Shown in pieces: positions 49,647 to 58,661 of a stretch of 59,545 nt of DNA. The DNA is from Candidatus Omnitrophota bacterium. GTDB lineage: Bacteria > Omnitrophota > Gorgyraeia > Duberdicusellales > 4484-171. Both the position numbers and the translations under genes were made by a program. How positions within the stretch are numbered: the first letter of the stretch is position 1; the number at the start of each line of letters is the position of its first letter. The stretch is from positions 1 through 59,545 of the forward strand of contig JAAEQW010000309.1 in NCBI GenBank assembly GCA_024231025.1, read 5' to 3'. The notes under the pieces are model-generated. The model had not been told where the DNA came from. It saw nothing but the letters and a program-made list of their open reading frames with translations, and did not search any database.

Positions 49647-50813
49647 ATGCGAAAAGGAATGGTTCTAGTTTTTGCAATGCTAGCTGTATTTGCAGTTGCA
49701 TCTTACGCTGAGGCAGAAGAATTTTATGTATATAAAGATAAAAGCTCTGCTGATAATCACTTTATTCCCAGCGGTTGGATGGGTGATTACGGAGATTTAA
49801 AAATCAGTGATCAATGCACCACCGAATCACATTCGGGGACAACATCGATCGAAGTTACATATTCCGCAAAGAAAAGCCAAGGTAATGGTTGGGGTGGCGT
49901 TTATTGGCAATCAGCAGAAAATAACTGGGGAACAAAAGACAGCGGCTATGATTTGAGCGATTTCAATAAATTAGTTTTTATGGCTAAGGGTAAAAAGGGT
50001 GGTGAAATAATAACGACTATAAAAGTTGGTGGAATTATTAGAGGTGCCAACGATGAAACAGTTGAATTTGCTGACACCACTAGTGTTGAATATGGACCAG
50101 TAAGGCTAACTAAAGAGTGGCAAGAGTATTCAATAAACTTGGCTAACAAAGATCTTTCTTACGTTAACGGTGGATTCTCGTTAATTTTGAATGCAGATCA
50201 AGCGGGGGGGCATCAAACTTTTTACATTGATGATATTCACTATGCTTTTGAGGAGGATTTGGAAAGAGCTGATTCTGGTGTAAATTTTCCGTTTTATGTG
50301 TATGCTGACATAAATTCACTGGATAATCACTTCATTCCAAGCGGATGGATGCCAGCAACTGCGGCACGCGATATAAGGATGGATACCGCCTGGAAAAATG
50401 AGCCGTTCAGCGGAGAAACATGCATAAAAGCTGGATACAAAAATACCTCAGGAACACGTTGGGCAGGCATCTATTGGCAACAACCCGCCAACAACTGGGG
50501 CTCCATCCCTAATGCTGGATTCAATCTTCAGGGCGCAACAAAGGTAACTTTCTGGGCAAAAGGAGAGAAAGGGAATGAGTTAGTTAATGAGTTTAAAGTC
50601 GGTGGTATCGTTAGCGGAGAATTCATTGATTCCGACAGCGTAAGCATTGGCCCAATTCAACTAACTAAAGAGTGGAAACAATATGAGATGGACCTTCGCG
50701 GACGTGATCTCTCTTATGTTATTGGCGGATTTGGCTGGGCCACTAACATTGACGTAAACGATCCGGAAGGTATTACCTTCTTCATTGACGAAATCAAGTA
50801 TGAAAACGAGTAA
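49647..50813 (+). CDS. Secreted protein with two tandem carbohydrate-binding-like (beta-sandwich) domains
   Basis: Signal peptide; duplicated DNHFIPSGWM..W.G.YWQ...NNWG..F.AKG.KG.E..LTKEW..Y..DLSYV.GGF..IDDI/IDEI. Confidence 0.7.
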   Translation: MRKGMVLVFAMLAVFAVASYAEAEEFYVYKDKSSADNHFIPSGWMGDYGDLKISDQCTTESHSGTTSIEVTYSAKKSQGNGWGGVYWQSAENNWGTKDSGYDLSDFNKLVFMAKGKKGGEIITTIKVGGIIRGANDETVEFADTTSVEYGPVRLTKEWQEYSINLANKDLSYVNGGFSLILNADQAGGHQTFYIDDIHYAFEEDLERADSGVNFPFYVYADINSLDNHFIPSGWMPATAARDIRMDTAWKNEPFSGETCIKAGYKNTSGTRWAGIYWQQPANNWGSIPNAGFNLQGATKVTFWAKGEKGNELVNEFKVGGIVSGEFIDSDSVSIGPIQLTKEWKQYEMDLRGRDLSYVIGGFGWATNIDVNDPEGITFFIDEIKYENE

Positions 50814-52023
50814 ATTTGTTATTATCACAAGCAGCCTGCTTATCGCAGGCTGCTTGTTGTTTAACTGCTACGCTTTTAGTTCATCGGTTGAAATCAAAAC
50901 GACCAAAGATAACGGCTACTATTTAGAAGTCGACGGTAAACCATTCATAATGAAAGGTGTAATTTACAACCCGGTTCCAATCGGAAAGGGCTATGATTAC
51001 GATTTTTTCACTGATAAAAATAAACCATGGCTCGTTGACGGTAAATTAATGAAGGAAATGGGTATAAATTGTGTTCGTCTTTACTCAGCAGGGAAGGACC
51101 TAGACGCCGTTAAATCTTTTATTAGCGATATGTATGAAAAATTTGGCATTTACACTATCATGAGTGATTGGTTGGGACTTTGGAGTTATCCATCAGCAAA
51201 TTATGCTAATAAGGATGCACAAGAAAAAACAAAAAAAAGAGTTCTAGGGGTTGTTAACGCTCTTAAAAATGAGAAAGGCTTACTTATTTGGATTTTAGGT
51301 AATGAAAATAATTACACTTTCTCCGGAAAAATTGGCTTCTGGACATCACCGGAAATTGAAGAAATGAGTAACCCTCAGGAAAAAACTTTAAAAAAGGCAG
51401 AAATATACTATAAGTTTATAAATGATATCGCAAAAGAGATTAAGAAAATTGATAAATCGCATCCTGTCGCTCTCGGCAACGGTGAGGCAAGTTTTCTTAA
51501 TATTGCCGGTAAAAACGCTCCTGATGTTGATGCTTTGGCGATAATACTTTATCGTGGCAAAAAATTTGGAAACTTCTTTAAGCATGTACAAAAGTTTTTT
51601 GATCGACCAATTTTTCTTTCGGAATTTGGTTGCGACTCATATAACTCTTACACAAAAGAAGAGGACCAGCAGTCACAATCTCAATTTCTTCTTTCACAAT
51701 GGGAGGATCTATACAAAAACACGGTCTTTAGCGGCAATCAGAGTGGTAATTGTCTTGGCGGTATAATTTTTGAATGGAGCGACGAGTGGTGGAAGCATAA
51801 CGAAGGCTACACCGCCGATTGGAGCGTCCATAATAGTGAAGCCGGCTGGTCCGATGGATCGTACTACTTTGACATAAAAGCTGAGAATGGATTTAACATG
51901 AGCGAAGAATGGTTTGGTATTGTTGCCTTAGGAGAAACCGAAGACGGCATAAACAAACGAATCCCAAAAAAAGCCTTCTACACCATCAAAGAATGGCTCT
52001 CCCAAATTAACCAATCACTTTAA
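50800..52023 (+). CDS. Secreted clan GH-A (GH2-like TIM barrel) glycoside hydrolase
   Basis: Signal peptide; KGVIY.P, MG.NCVRLY, WILGNE, LSEFG, FEWSDEWWK, EEWFG. Confidence 0.78.
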   Translation: MKTSKFVIITSSLLIAGCLLFNCYAFSSSVEIKTTKDNGYYLEVDGKPFIMKGVIYNPVPIGKGYDYDFFTDKNKPWLVDGKLMKEMGINCVRLYSAGKDLDAVKSFISDMYEKFGIYTIMSDWLGLWSYPSANYANKDAQEKTKKRVLGVVNALKNEKGLLIWILGNENNYTFSGKIGFWTSPEIEEMSNPQEKTLKKAEIYYKFINDIAKEIKKIDKSHPVALGNGEASFLNIAGKNAPDVDALAIILYRGKKFGNFFKHVQKFFDRPIFLSEFGCDSYNSYTKEEDQQSQSQFLLSQWEDLYKNTVFSGNQSGNCLGGIIFEWSDEWWKHNEGYTADWSVHNSEAGWSDGSYYFDIKAENGFNMSEEWFGIVALGETEDGINKRIPKKAFYTIKEWLSQINQSL

Positions 52024-52037
52024 TCCTCACAACCCAA

Positions 52038-52065
52038 TGTACACCGCGTAGGTGTACACAGGTTA
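52038..52065. repeat. 28-bp palindromic repeat, copy 1
   Basis: TGTACACCGCGTAGGTGTACACAGGTTA, identical to 55692-55719. Confidence 0.9.
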
Positions 52066-52174
52066 GTGCGTAATCGCTTTCAAAGAAATAGCGTTTTAGC
52101 CTTGTTTTCCAACCACTTAAATGTTACCTTTTAACAAGGATATATGCATATTAATACCTATTAATGGAGGATTT

Positions 52175-55100
52175 ATGAATAAAAATCAACTTTTTCGCCG
52201 TGGATCAATGTCTTTCGATGTAACGATATGGGTTTTAGTGGCAGCGATTTTAACCGCCGGAATAGCGTTTTTGGCCTCAGATATTATTCGTTCGTCACTA
52301 TCTCGATCTAAAGAGATGTCGGCTTCGGTGCTTAGCTACATGCCGCCACCAACAAAAATAATTGAAGTTAGCGATTCTTTTGATGCACCGCTTTTGCGTG
52401 GGATAAAATTATTCGCTGATGATCCGTTTAAATTTGCATTTATTCTCGATGAAGGCGACCGGCACTTTAGCGAGGAAGAACTAAAAACAGAGGCTTCACG
52501 GTTGGTTAAATATTTCTTAGCGGGTTTGACTATGCCCGAAGATGACCTTTGGGTTAACTTATCTCCTCATGAAAAAAACCGAATTATCCCCCAGAAGCTT
52601 GCGTTAACCGATATGGGGAAAGATATGCTTGGTCAGGATTACTGTCTGAAACAGCTTTCTTCTTCGTTGATTTACCCGGAAAGCGAATTAGGTAAAGAGT
52701 ATTGGCAACAGCTATATGCTAAAATTAATCAGCAATACGGTACGACCAATTTAAATATGGACACACGCAATAAAGTATGGATTGTTCCTGATGAATCGTT
52801 AATATATGAAGATCAAGACCGTGCATTTATTGCTAAAAGTCATCTTAAAGTGATGACCGAAAACGATTATATTGCATTATCGCATCAAACCACAGGCAAC
52901 AAGTCGCAATCAAAAGTCGTAAATGAGCTCTCTTCAGAAGTAATGAAAGACATTATTATTCCCGAGATCGAAAAAGACATAAACTATGGTACAAATTTCA
53001 CTCGATTACGTCAAATTTACAACTCGCTTTTACTGGCAGTTTGGTTTAAGGACAAACTAAGAAACCATGTAGTCACCCAACTCGTTGCTAATCAACGCAA
53101 AATTAACGGAGTCCAAATTGACGATCCCGCGCTTAAAGATAAGATTTACAAACAATATTTAGAAGCTTACAGAAAAGGGGTTTTTAATTATTTAAAAAAA
53201 GACCACGACATAGCATCCGGAAAAAAAATTAATCGCCATTACTATTCTGGCGGTGTCACGCTTAAGAATCCTTTGGGCAAAGCAGAGCGAGAACCACTTT
53301 CGCCCAATGCATCTAAAGCAAAAAATACAATGAATGGTGCAGCAAAAATGCTAGTTGTTGGATTGTCTTCTGCATCGGCTGTTGCTGCCTTGCCCGCTTA
53401 TGCCAGTCAAGGAAGCGTAACGCCAGTGACAGTTGTTCAAAAAGCAGATAAAAATCAAGCTCCGCTTAAAAAAGCAAGGAAAGTGTTAGCTCCTTTTTTA
53501 GGTACAACCTCATCTATGACCTCTCTTCTCGTAAAAGGAGATGATTGGGCACAAATTCGCATCGCTCCGGTCACCAATGTTGTTGAAAGCCAAATTAGCG
53601 AACTAGAAAGCTTATTAGGTAAAATGCCGTCTGAGCAAATCCCTCAACTTCCGTTGGGGCGAGCGATTAATCGCGTTTACTATTATCGAAAAATTCAGGG
53701 ACGTCTATTGAAAATGTTGCTTAATGCAGCAAAAAAACATGATGATTATTATGCGAGCCGTTATTTGATTGATGCAGCCATCGAAGCGTTAAATGGAGAA
53801 ATGAGCCAGGGCGGAACAGGTGCAATGCTTTATGATATGTTTAAGGATTATTTTTCTGAGGCTAAAAGCGATCTAAAAAAACGTTTTCCAGAACACTATA
53901 AAGAAGCAAAAGATAGTTTGAATCAAACACTCACGATGCTCGCAGATTTAAGCCAAGCTGACCGTGACTCTTATCAAGCCCGAACTCAAATTAGCAATAA
54001 AGATGCTGAAAACAGGTTAAAAGAGGCGATACCGAATTATGATGATTTGCTTAGTGGTGCATCATTTACAATTGCTGATGGAAATAGCCGTGTTTTATCG
54101 ACTAGGCTTAATCCAACAACCGGAGGGGTAACAACAGTTAGTGTTAGTCAGCATTACTCTGAAGGGCAACGATTTTTAATTGAGGTAGGTAGTGCGATAT
54201 ACGATAATCATATTCATGGCACATCACACCAGCAAGCCTGGCAAAAAGTTGCACAGGGGGAAATGGTTGATGGAGGTAAAAACGAAGAGCTTCGTTATCT
54301 TTTCGGTGAAGATTTTATGATGGTTGTTTTGACAGGTCATGTTACCGACATTCACTGGTGGGCCAGAGGCGATGACAAAATTGCCGGAGGATTCAGCGCC
54401 CAAGAAACAGCCGCACAACGAACTAAATTTTTTAAAAATAATTTTACTGGCATGCTACACTCCAATCGCACAAAACCCAGTGCTATACAACGATTGAGAA
54501 AGCGAATTAAAGTTTTACCGACTGAAGATAAACTAAAAAACACACTAAAAAGGCTAGAATGGAATTTACACACAATGCCACTAATGAAATTACAGCCACC
54601 AAAAGAAATCATTACTGAAACACATCGCCCGGGTGCTGTAATTTTTACTGCAATGTTCTATACACTTACTGCCGTAAGCGCTGGTACTATTGACGATGTA
54701 AAAAAGACAATTCGCGAAAAAGTAAAAGACAAGCGCGTGCGAAGACGCCTGCTAAGAAAAATTAATTCGTTCAAAACCCCTTACGCTGAATTTACTTGGT
54801 CTAATAACGATGGCAAAATGGGGAATTTTAAGCTTAAAAGCTTAACGGAAAAACCGAATTTCGATGGTTCAAATGACGGAATAACTACAGATATTAAAAT
54901 TGTATCACCGTCAGAGCCCAATAAAGAATATAAACCGCTAATGATCAATGGTCAGTTGATGGGTTTGTATTATTATGACGCCCAAGGAATTAAACACATC
55001 GCTCTTGACCGTATTGCGATTAGCCAAAACTTAAGTTATTTTCAAAAACACATGCAACTTAATCGACCGGTTACGCTTGAAGAAGCAATGCGTTTTACTG

Positions 55101-55660
55101 ATTTACATGAAACAATGCATGCTTTAATCGATTGGACCGGTGTTGTGCTCGAAAGCAATTTGGAAGAGCAAATCGCTAACATTACTGCTACTGCCGCGGT
55201 ATTGGGCACCATACCAGGTGGTATGCTGACTAAGCCAGTAGCTTCAGGAATACTAAGCGTGCAAAAAGCACTTAACGCTCGCTTAAAAACCGACGGAAAA
55301 AGTCCAATACTTAATTTAATTGAGTACCTCCAAGATAAAGATCATTTTGACGGTAAAGACATTGAAAGTTTTGAAAAGTCACTGGCACAACTTGGCATCG
55401 CAGACGTGCGAGTTGAATTTGCTGATAGCCAAAAACAAGCCGAAGCCAAGCAAGAGGCAATTGATGACGGTCGTAAAGTCGAAGGAGATGTCGGCGGTAT
55501 TGATTTAAATCGCATTAAGGCCGCGGTTATTGGAAATGGAATTAATGTGTTTGCTCACCAAAAATTAACCGATGAAGCAATTAAAGGTTTCCCTGGATTT
55601 AAATTTGACATAATCGACCAGAATGACATTATTGACTTGCAGTCAGAACTACTAAACTAA
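52175..55660 (+). CDS. Large hypothetical membrane-anchored protein with prepilin-like N-terminus, HExxH motif and C-terminal GGID motif
   Basis: GGAGG SD before ATG 52175; RRG|SMSFD followed by a hydrophobic helix; DLWVNLSP.EK.RI..NKVWIVPD block; LHETMH; VGGIDL. Confidence 0.75.
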   Translation: MNKNQLFRRGSMSFDVTIWVLVAAILTAGIAFLASDIIRSSLSRSKEMSASVLSYMPPPTKIIEVSDSFDAPLLRGIKLFADDPFKFAFILDEGDRHFSEEELKTEASRLVKYFLAGLTMPEDDLWVNLSPHEKNRIIPQKLALTDMGKDMLGQDYCLKQLSSSLIYPESELGKEYWQQLYAKINQQYGTTNLNMDTRNKVWIVPDESLIYEDQDRAFIAKSHLKVMTENDYIALSHQTTGNKSQSKVVNELSSEVMKDIIIPEIEKDINYGTNFTRLRQIYNSLLLAVWFKDKLRNHVVTQLVANQRKINGVQIDDPALKDKIYKQYLEAYRKGVFNYLKKDHDIASGKKINRHYYSGGVTLKNPLGKAEREPLSPNASKAKNTMNGAAKMLVVGLSSASAVAALPAYASQGSVTPVTVVQKADKNQAPLKKARKVLAPFLGTTSSMTSLLVKGDDWAQIRIAPVTNVVESQISELESLLGKMPSEQIPQLPLGRAINRVYYYRKIQGRLLKMLLNAAKKHDDYYASRYLIDAAIEALNGEMSQGGTGAMLYDMFKDYFSEAKSDLKKRFPEHYKEAKDSLNQTLTMLADLSQADRDSYQARTQISNKDAENRLKEAIPNYDDLLSGASFTIADGNSRVLSTRLNPTTGGVTTVSVSQHYSEGQRFLIEVGSAIYDNHIHGTSHQQAWQKVAQGEMVDGGKNEELRYLFGEDFMMVVLTGHVTDIHWWARGDDKIAGGFSAQETAAQRTKFFKNNFTGMLHSNRTKPSAIQRLRKRIKVLPTEDKLKNTLKRLEWNLHTMPLMKLQPPKEIITETHRPGAVIFTAMFYTLTAVSAGTIDDVKKTIREKVKDKRVRRRLLRKINSFKTPYAEFTWSNNDGKMGNFKLKSLTEKPNFDGSNDGITTDIKIVSPSEPNKEYKPLMINGQLMGLYYYDAQGIKHIALDRIAISQNLSYFQKHMQLNRPVTLEEAMRFTDLHETMHALIDWTGVVLESNLEEQIANITATAAVLGTIPGGMLTKPVASGILSVQKALNARLKTDGKSPILNLIEYLQDKDHFDGKDIESFEKSLAQLGIADVRVEFADSQKQAEAKQEAIDDGRKVEGDVGGIDLNRIKAAVIGNGINVFAHQKLTDEAIKGFPGFKFDIIDQNDIIDLQSELLN

Positions 55661-55681
55661 CCACTACAACCTATCTTCTGC

Positions 55682-55722
55682 TTATAACCTGTGTACACCG
55701 CGTAGGTGTACACAGGTTATAA
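55682..55722. repeat. Perfect 18-bp-stem palindrome containing repeat copy 2 (may act as a terminator)
   Basis: TTATAACCTGTGTACACC-GCGTA-GGTGTACACAGGTTATAA. Confidence 0.9.
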
Positions 55723-55725
55723 ATG

Positions 55726-55754
55726 TTGACACACAAGGCAATTACGTTTAAAAT
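55726..55754 (+). promoter_or_regulatory. Sigma70-type promoter
   Basis: TTGACA-17 nt-TAAAAT. Confidence 0.65.
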
Positions 55755-55795
55755 TAAAGCTTAATAAAATTACAATCGCAGCAGAAGGGAATGGA

Positions 55796-56368
55796 ATGAA
55801 AAAAGTACTACTTATCGTCTGTGTTTTAACGGTCTTTTCAGTTGGAGCTTACGCGTTAGACGGTGTCGACGTGCTCACCGGACAATTAAGAGCGAAATTA
55901 AAGGATCAGAGCGGAGATACCATAGTTGCTAGATATGATGCAATCCCTCTTTATGTTGGGTTTCGTTTTGACGCAAAACCCTTTCTTGAAAAATTTAACA
56001 TTGAAAGTGCCGGTCGATGGGATTTCGTGATTGAACCTTTTATTAGTGCGGTTTTTAAACCATCTGCAAATGTTGAGATTGGGTCAAATTTTCTCTTGGA
56101 ATATGCTTTTCCCCTTACTGAAAAATTACACCCTTATTTAAAGGGTGGTTTAGGGATGCTTTGGATGAGCCATCATACTCGTGAACAAGGAACGCAATAT
56201 AATTTTCTTCCTCAAATGGCAGCCGGCATTCATTATTTTATAAATGACACTGCCGCCATTACTTGTGAATATCGTTTTCGTCACTTATCTAATAACAGCT
56301 TCAAAGAACCTAATCGAGGTATCGACTCCGATATTGTAGTTGGTGGTATATCTTTCTTTTTTGAGTAG
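55796..56368 (+). CDS. PagL-like outer-membrane lipid A 3-O-deacylase / acyloxyacyl hydrolase
   Basis: Signal peptide; beta-barrel pattern; YNF..Q..G, RHLSN (HxSN), PN.GID; aromatic C-terminus. Confidence 0.78.
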   Translation: MKKVLLIVCVLTVFSVGAYALDGVDVLTGQLRAKLKDQSGDTIVARYDAIPLYVGFRFDAKPFLEKFNIESAGRWDFVIEPFISAVFKPSANVEIGSNFLLEYAFPLTEKLHPYLKGGLGMLWMSHHTREQGTQYNFLPQMAAGIHYFINDTAAITCEYRFRHLSNNSFKEPNRGIDSDIVVGGISFFFE

Positions 56369-56370
56369 AG

Positions 56371-56829
56371 ATGATACGCAAGGCAACTATTACTGACGCC
56401 AAAAAAATACGCTCTTTGATACAATTCTGGGCAAAAAAGGGTAAAGTTTTAGATAGATCACTGAACTATATTTATGAAAACATACGCGACTTCTGGATAT
56501 ACCAGGAGAAAAATAAAGTAATCGGATGTTGCGCCTTACACGTAGTTGGTTGGGATAACTTAGCTGAAATAAAGGCGTTGGTAGTTAATGAAAACTATCA
56601 CCGAAAAGGTGTTGGAGATAAGCTTGTAATAAAGTGCCTAAAAGAGGCAGGACAGCTGCAAATAACTGCTGTTTTCGCATTAACATTTGTTCCGGAATTT
56701 TTTAAAAAAATTGGTTTTAGAAAAACTAGCCGCAATAAGCTCCCTCATAAAATATGGAGCGATTGTGTTAATTGCAATTCATTTCCTGACTGCAATGAAG
56801 AAGCAATGATTTTTAAGCTAAGGAGGTAA
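56371..56829 (+). CDS. GNAT N-acetyltransferase (short ArgA-like N-acetylglutamate synthase)
   Basis: LAEIKAL.V, VFALT, FF...GF, LPHKIWSDC..C..FP.C.E.A. Confidence 0.8.
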   Translation: MIRKATITDAKKIRSLIQFWAKKGKVLDRSLNYIYENIRDFWIYQEKNKVIGCCALHVVGWDNLAEIKALVVNENYHRKGVGDKLVIKCLKEAGQLQITAVFALTFVPEFFKKIGFRKTSRNKLPHKIWSDCVNCNSFPDCNEEAMIFKLRR

Positions 56830-56831
56830 GG

Positions 56832-57995
56832 ATGTCGATGGTAAACTATAATTTAACTGAAGATCAACTAATGTTGAAAGAATTAACCAGAAAGATTGCT
56901 GAAGAAAAAATTCGCCCTTTTTCTCAGGAGCTTGATGAAAAGGAGGAATTTCCCTCAGACATCGTCAAAACGCTTGCGCAATCTGATTTGTTCTCAGTAT
57001 CTATTCCTGAAAAATACGGAGGAATGGGAGAAAGCTTGCTTGATTTGGTTGTAGCAACTGAGGAAATTGCTCGCGTTGATGGTGGAGTTTCTGCCGTATA
57101 TGCGGCTTCATTCTTGGGATTGCTGCCAATTTTACTTTCTGGAACCGAAGAGCAGAAAGAAAGATATCTACCCGACATTGCCGCCGGAAAACACCTTTGC
57201 GCCTTTGGTCTAACTGAGCCCGAGGCAGGATCTGACGCATCAGGCATAAAAACTACTGCCAAAAAAGACGGCGATCACTACATAATTAATGGTTCAAAAT
57301 GCTTTATCACCAATGGTGGAGACGCTCAAATTTATTCAATATTAGCAGTAACCAATAAAAATAAGGGGCCCCGCGGAATTTCTGCGTTCGTTCTCGAAAA
57401 AGGAATGGACGGCTTTACCTTTGGCAAAAAGGAAGAGAAGCTGGGGATCAGATGTTCATCTACGCGAGAGTTGATTTTTACTGATGTAAAAGTGCCAAAA
57501 GAAAATCTTATTGGCGGCAAAGAAGGGATTGGTTTTATAACAACATTGAAGACTTTTGATCATTCCCGTCCGGGTGTTGCCGCTCAAGCGGTTGGAATGG
57601 CTCAAGGAGCGCTTGAGCTTGCCACCCAGTATGCTCATGAACGAATTCAGTTTGGAAAGCAAATCAGTTCTTTTCAAGGCATTCAGTGGATGCTTGCCGA
57701 TATGGCCACCAAAACCGAGGCCGCCAGAAGCTTGCTTTACGCCACTGCCGCAATGGTCGACAGAAAAGAAAAAAATATATCTGGACCAAGCGCAATGGTT
57801 AAAATGTTTGCCTCAGATGTTGGAATGGAAGTTGCCACAAATGCAGTACAAATTTTCGGCGGATATGGTTATACTCGCGAATATCCGGTTGAAAAATTTA
57901 TGCGTGATGTTAAAATCACTCAAATTTATGAAGGCACTAACCAAATTCAACGCAGCATTATCGCGCTTAATCTGATTAAAAAATACGCAAAATAA
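56832..57995 (+). CDS. Acyl-CoA dehydrogenase
   Basis: FGLTEP.AGSD, NGSK.FITNG, R.QFGK.I, GGYGY, IYEGTNQIQR. Confidence 0.95.
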   Translation: MSMVNYNLTEDQLMLKELTRKIAEEKIRPFSQELDEKEEFPSDIVKTLAQSDLFSVSIPEKYGGMGESLLDLVVATEEIARVDGGVSAVYAASFLGLLPILLSGTEEQKERYLPDIAAGKHLCAFGLTEPEAGSDASGIKTTAKKDGDHYIINGSKCFITNGGDAQIYSILAVTNKNKGPRGISAFVLEKGMDGFTFGKKEEKLGIRCSSTRELIFTDVKVPKENLIGGKEGIGFITTLKTFDHSRPGVAAQAVGMAQGALELATQYAHERIQFGKQISSFQGIQWMLADMATKTEAARSLLYATAAMVDRKEKNISGPSAMVKMFASDVGMEVATNAVQIFGGYGYTREYPVEKFMRDVKITQIYEGTNQIQRSIIALNLIKKYAK

Positions 57996-57997
57996 GC

Positions 57998-58073
57998 AGA
58001 TACAAACCATAGACGATAGACTGTAGACCACAGACCTCATATCTAATACCTGCTATCCCCAAAGTCTACGGTC
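57998..58073. repeat. Heptamer repeat with partial complement (AGACNAY-like)
   Basis: AGACGAT AGACTGT AGACCAC AGACC, followed by GTCTACGGTC; resembles 41266-41298. Confidence 0.5.
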
Positions 58074-58086
58074 GGCAAAGCCTCAC

Positions 58087-58115
58087 TTGACAAATCCCGC
58101 AATTTTGTTGATAAT
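58087..58115 (+). promoter_or_regulatory. Promoter for aroK-dprA
   Basis: TTGACA-17 nt-GATAAT. Confidence 0.5.
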
Positions 58116-58148
58116 ACTACAAATAATAGAAAACATATATAGGTAAGT

Positions 58149-58661
58149 ATGAAAAATATCTATTTAGTTGGTTTTATGGGTACTGGGAAGACTTACGTTG
58201 GTAAAATCATCGCCAATCGTCTCGGGCGCAGCTTTGTCGAAATGGATGAAACCATTGAAAAACAACAAAATAGAAAAATCGTTGATATTTTTGCCAAAGA
58301 CGGCCAAGCGCACTTTAGAGCACTAGAAAATAAACTTCTCAATGAATTAGCCGAAAAAAACAATTTAATTGTAAGCTGTGGCGGAGGAGTTATTTGCAAC
58401 GATGAAAATATTAAGCTTTTAAAAAAAAGCGGAGTAGTTTTTAACCTGCACTCATCAGCTCAAAAAGTATACGATCGAACAAAAATGCACAAAACTAGGC
58501 CAATACTCAATGTTGATGATCCACTGAGCAGAATTAAAGAACTGATGGCTGAGCGAGCCAAATACTATAATCAGGCTGACTACACGGTGCTTTCAGAAGA
58601 TCAAACTCCGCAAGAAGTGGCTGAAAACATCATAAACCTACTGGATAAGAATGATCAATAA
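58149..58661 (+). CDS. aroK: Shikimate kinase
   Basis: GFMGTGKT, FR.LE, SCGGG, RPIL, R...Y..AD. Confidence 0.95.
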   Translation: MKNIYLVGFMGTGKTYVGKIIANRLGRSFVEMDETIEKQQNRKIVDIFAKDGQAHFRALENKLLNELAEKNNLIVSCGGGVICNDENIKLLKKSGVVFNLHSSAQKVYDRTKMHKTRPILNVDDPLSRIKELMAERAKYYNQADYTVLSEDQTPQEVAENIINLLDKNDQ

